Source of the DNA: Adineta vaga
Lineage: Eukaryota > Animalia > Rotifera
Length of the DNA: 64,000 bases
NCBI GenBank assembly: GCA_021613535.1
Contig: CP075496.1
Location: forward strand, 14,756,001 to 14,820,000
Reading direction: 5' to 3'
How positions within the stretch are numbered: position 1 is the first letter of the stretch; the number at the start of each line of letters is the position of its first letter. Position numbers and translations under genes: made by a program. Below, in pieces: positions 61,667 to 64,000 of the stretch. The notes beneath the pieces were generated by a model that saw only the letters and a program-made list of their open reading frames with translations, ran no database searches and was not told where the DNA came from.

Positions 61667-62548
61667 GAAAAAAGTTTTCGCAGAGAGAAAGAGAGGACTT
61701 TTAGACTTTCTGAAAGATTCTGCATCTCTGATAACAACATTGATTAATCTTTATGATAATTTAATTATTATTTGTCGAATATTATCAATATTGATTATTA
61801 AACATATGCTATATTTTAAACGAAGAGTTCATCCTATAATGGATTAATATCTTATCAACTGTCATTTGTGGATGTGCATAGTTGTCTTAATGCACATTCA
61901 TCAATACACACTATTTAATTTAATAAAATACTGAACAATTCTTATGCCCTGTCTCTCTGTGAATATAAATAAGGTTATAATAATAATCCAAAAAACATAA
62001 TGGAAATTAGATGAGATTAGTATATTTAAACATTACAATAGATAAAAAGTTAATTTGAATTTTATTTTAGAAAATATTTCTTGATTATTGTTTACGTATA
62101 ATTTATGATAAAACCAATAGAACGGTATGGAATGCCTTCTTTTAACCCTTGTTATTCTAGTGTATCATCAAATGGATCTTCACTAATTAATTGCCAATGA
62201 TCAAATAAACATTGTAAAATGCTTTCATTAGTTTGATTTAAATAAAGATCTTTAGTAAAATCTATAAATAAAACGAAATATGAACAAAATTCAATATTAT
62301 ATAATTCTTATTAAATGATTTACAAACAAGTAAGTAAGCTTTAATTATCAATTGAGAATTGTCTATAAGATCATAATTATCTAAAATAAATATCAATAAT
62401 TCATTTAATATTTTTTTACAATTTTAGTTAGAAAAACTTGTATTTCTGATAAATAAATTGGTTCGAAAAGTCTTAAATGAGCTGTGAGTATTACCGCATA
62501 TATAACTCGTCGAATAGTTGAAATTATTTGTTCATCTCCTCGATGTAT

Positions 62549-62597
62549 TTGAGGGTGGGTGTGTGAACATATCTTCTTCACACCCACCCTCAAGATG
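62549..62597. repeat. Telomere-like hairpin element
   Basis: Perfect 15-bp stem ttgagggtgggtgtg / cacacccaccctcaa + gatg. Confidence 0.85.
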
Positions 62598-63120
62598 GTT
62601 TTTATTGTACCATTTTTAATTAAATATTGATCAATATCAATTAAACCATAAATATTTCTATATGATCACTTGAATATTTATTATAAAAATATCATCTTTT
62701 TTCCTTCATAAATTTTGAACTCATAAATCGTACTATTTGATTTGTATAAACAATAACAGAAAAGATACAACCAATAGGATAAAAACGATTTTTATTAGAT
62801 TATCATACCATTTTTGAAATATAGATCATTAATGGACCATTATTTATTTCAGTACGATATTTTTGTACAATAATCGACGATGATAAATGAATAAGAAAAT
62901 AGAAATGGTCTAAATATAATTATTTTTCTTATTAAATTCAATACATCGATAAATTTTATAAAGTATTGAAGATATTTGTTCTTATTACAAATTATTCTCG
63001 AATGATGCCGATTATTATTTATATCAAGAAATGAAATATTCTAAGAAGTATTACAGAATTGTTTTTATTTAATAGAAAAGTATAATATCTACATCTATTT
63101 TCATAGATAAAATATACAAT

Positions 63121-63576
63121 TTAATTTTGAATAGCAGGTATATTTTGTCGTAAATCACCTTTAGCATCAATAAATAAGATTTGAAAAAGAATAAATAATG
63201 AATATCGTTCGATACTAATAGATTGATTATCTAACATTTTAATACTATTATTATCTAATCGTAATTCTTTAATGTCGAATTTTAATCGCTGATAAAATTC
63301 TCGTAATGTATTGGGTTGTTGAATACCTAATATTTGAAGACTAATAGATAAATCTGAAAATAAATTGTAATCATTGATATAACCACCACATTCTGTTGAT
63401 AGTTTTTCAATTTTTGATATAATACTATGACGATATTGAACTGATGCATAAGATGTAATATTTATTTTTTTCATTAGTAATATTTCATCAGATGATGAAT
63501 GTGAACATCGAAGATGAGAAATATAAATGAATAAGTTTTTGTTTAGAAACATCTGACGATAACAAATCAGTTTCAT
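63121..63576 (-). CDS. Small hypothetical protein, bacterial-like
   Basis: 151 aa intronless ORF; 'GGYI.DY.LFSD.SIS...GDLRQNIPA' core; family assignment uncertain. Confidence 0.5.
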   Translation of the reverse strand: MKLICYRQMFLNKNLFIYISHLRCSHSSSDEILLMKKINITSYASVQYRHSIISKIEKLSTECGGYINDYNLFSDLSISLQILGIQQPNTLREFYQRLKFDIKELRLDNNSIKMLDNQSISIERYSLFILFQILFIDAKGDLRQNIPAIQN

Positions 63577-64000
63577 TTAGTTAAATCTCTATGAAGTTAT
63601 GTACAAAAACTTAGCGATTCTTCTGTGCTTTCTGTCTGAATAGGAACTCATGCAATATCATGAAAGATCAATAGATGTCGTATAAGTCTGAACATTGATA
63701 CTATAGTTTGTATAGATATCATCTATAGAAAAAGATCATTCTTTCTCATCTAAAAGTAATAACTGTGAGAAAAAAAGAAAAGATTCTATACAACTATGGT
63801 TTGATAAAAATCAGAATAAAAATTTTTATTTTTCTTCTTTTCCTTACACCCACACTCACAAGATATTTGCGTTATTTTGATAAGCTTTTCAGTGTTATTG
63901 GAACATGTCCCATCTTAAGGTTGTAAGAAGTGGACAGTCTGTATTAAAATTAACAGCAAATTATGAAAATTCCATTGAGAAAAAGTAATTGTCTTTTACC

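Noticed and set aside
16266-62597. Repeat-spacer-repeat look of the hairpins as a CRISPR array or true integron
   Set aside because: Copies are dispersed kilobases apart and inverted rather than direct; there is no cas or tyrosine-integrase gene; the context is eukaryotic. The attC comparison is an analogy only.
1-64000. rRNA or tRNA genes
   Set aside because: None recognisable by inspection; tRNAscan-SE or Infernal would be needed to exclude them.

Overview
AT-rich eukaryotic DNA with short (~55-85 nt) spliceosomal introns. The gene families (lineage-expanded 7TM receptors, an LDLa/EGF-GPCR, an F-box/LRR protein, and many bacterial- or fungal-type enzymes, some with introns) point to a bdelloid rotifer; this is an inference. 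About 17 host genes are present. Mobile elements include an intact-looking 4.6-kb PHIS-group (Harbinger/ISL2EU/Spy-like) transposon with ~820-bp TIRs, inserted at AAA|TTT with no TSD, a decayed 4.9-kb hAT with an 8-bp TSD and nested MITEs inside an intron, and mariner relics. The most striking unexplained feature is a dispersed family of about 20 short (40-90 bp) hairpins. Their arms are built from telomere-type hexamers in head-to-head orientation, (ATCT)TGAGGG-TGTGGG...spacer...CCCACA-CCCTCA(AGAT). They have recurring spacer subfamilies, sit mostly 30-260 bp past stop codons, and were not seen in exons or in the two large transposons.
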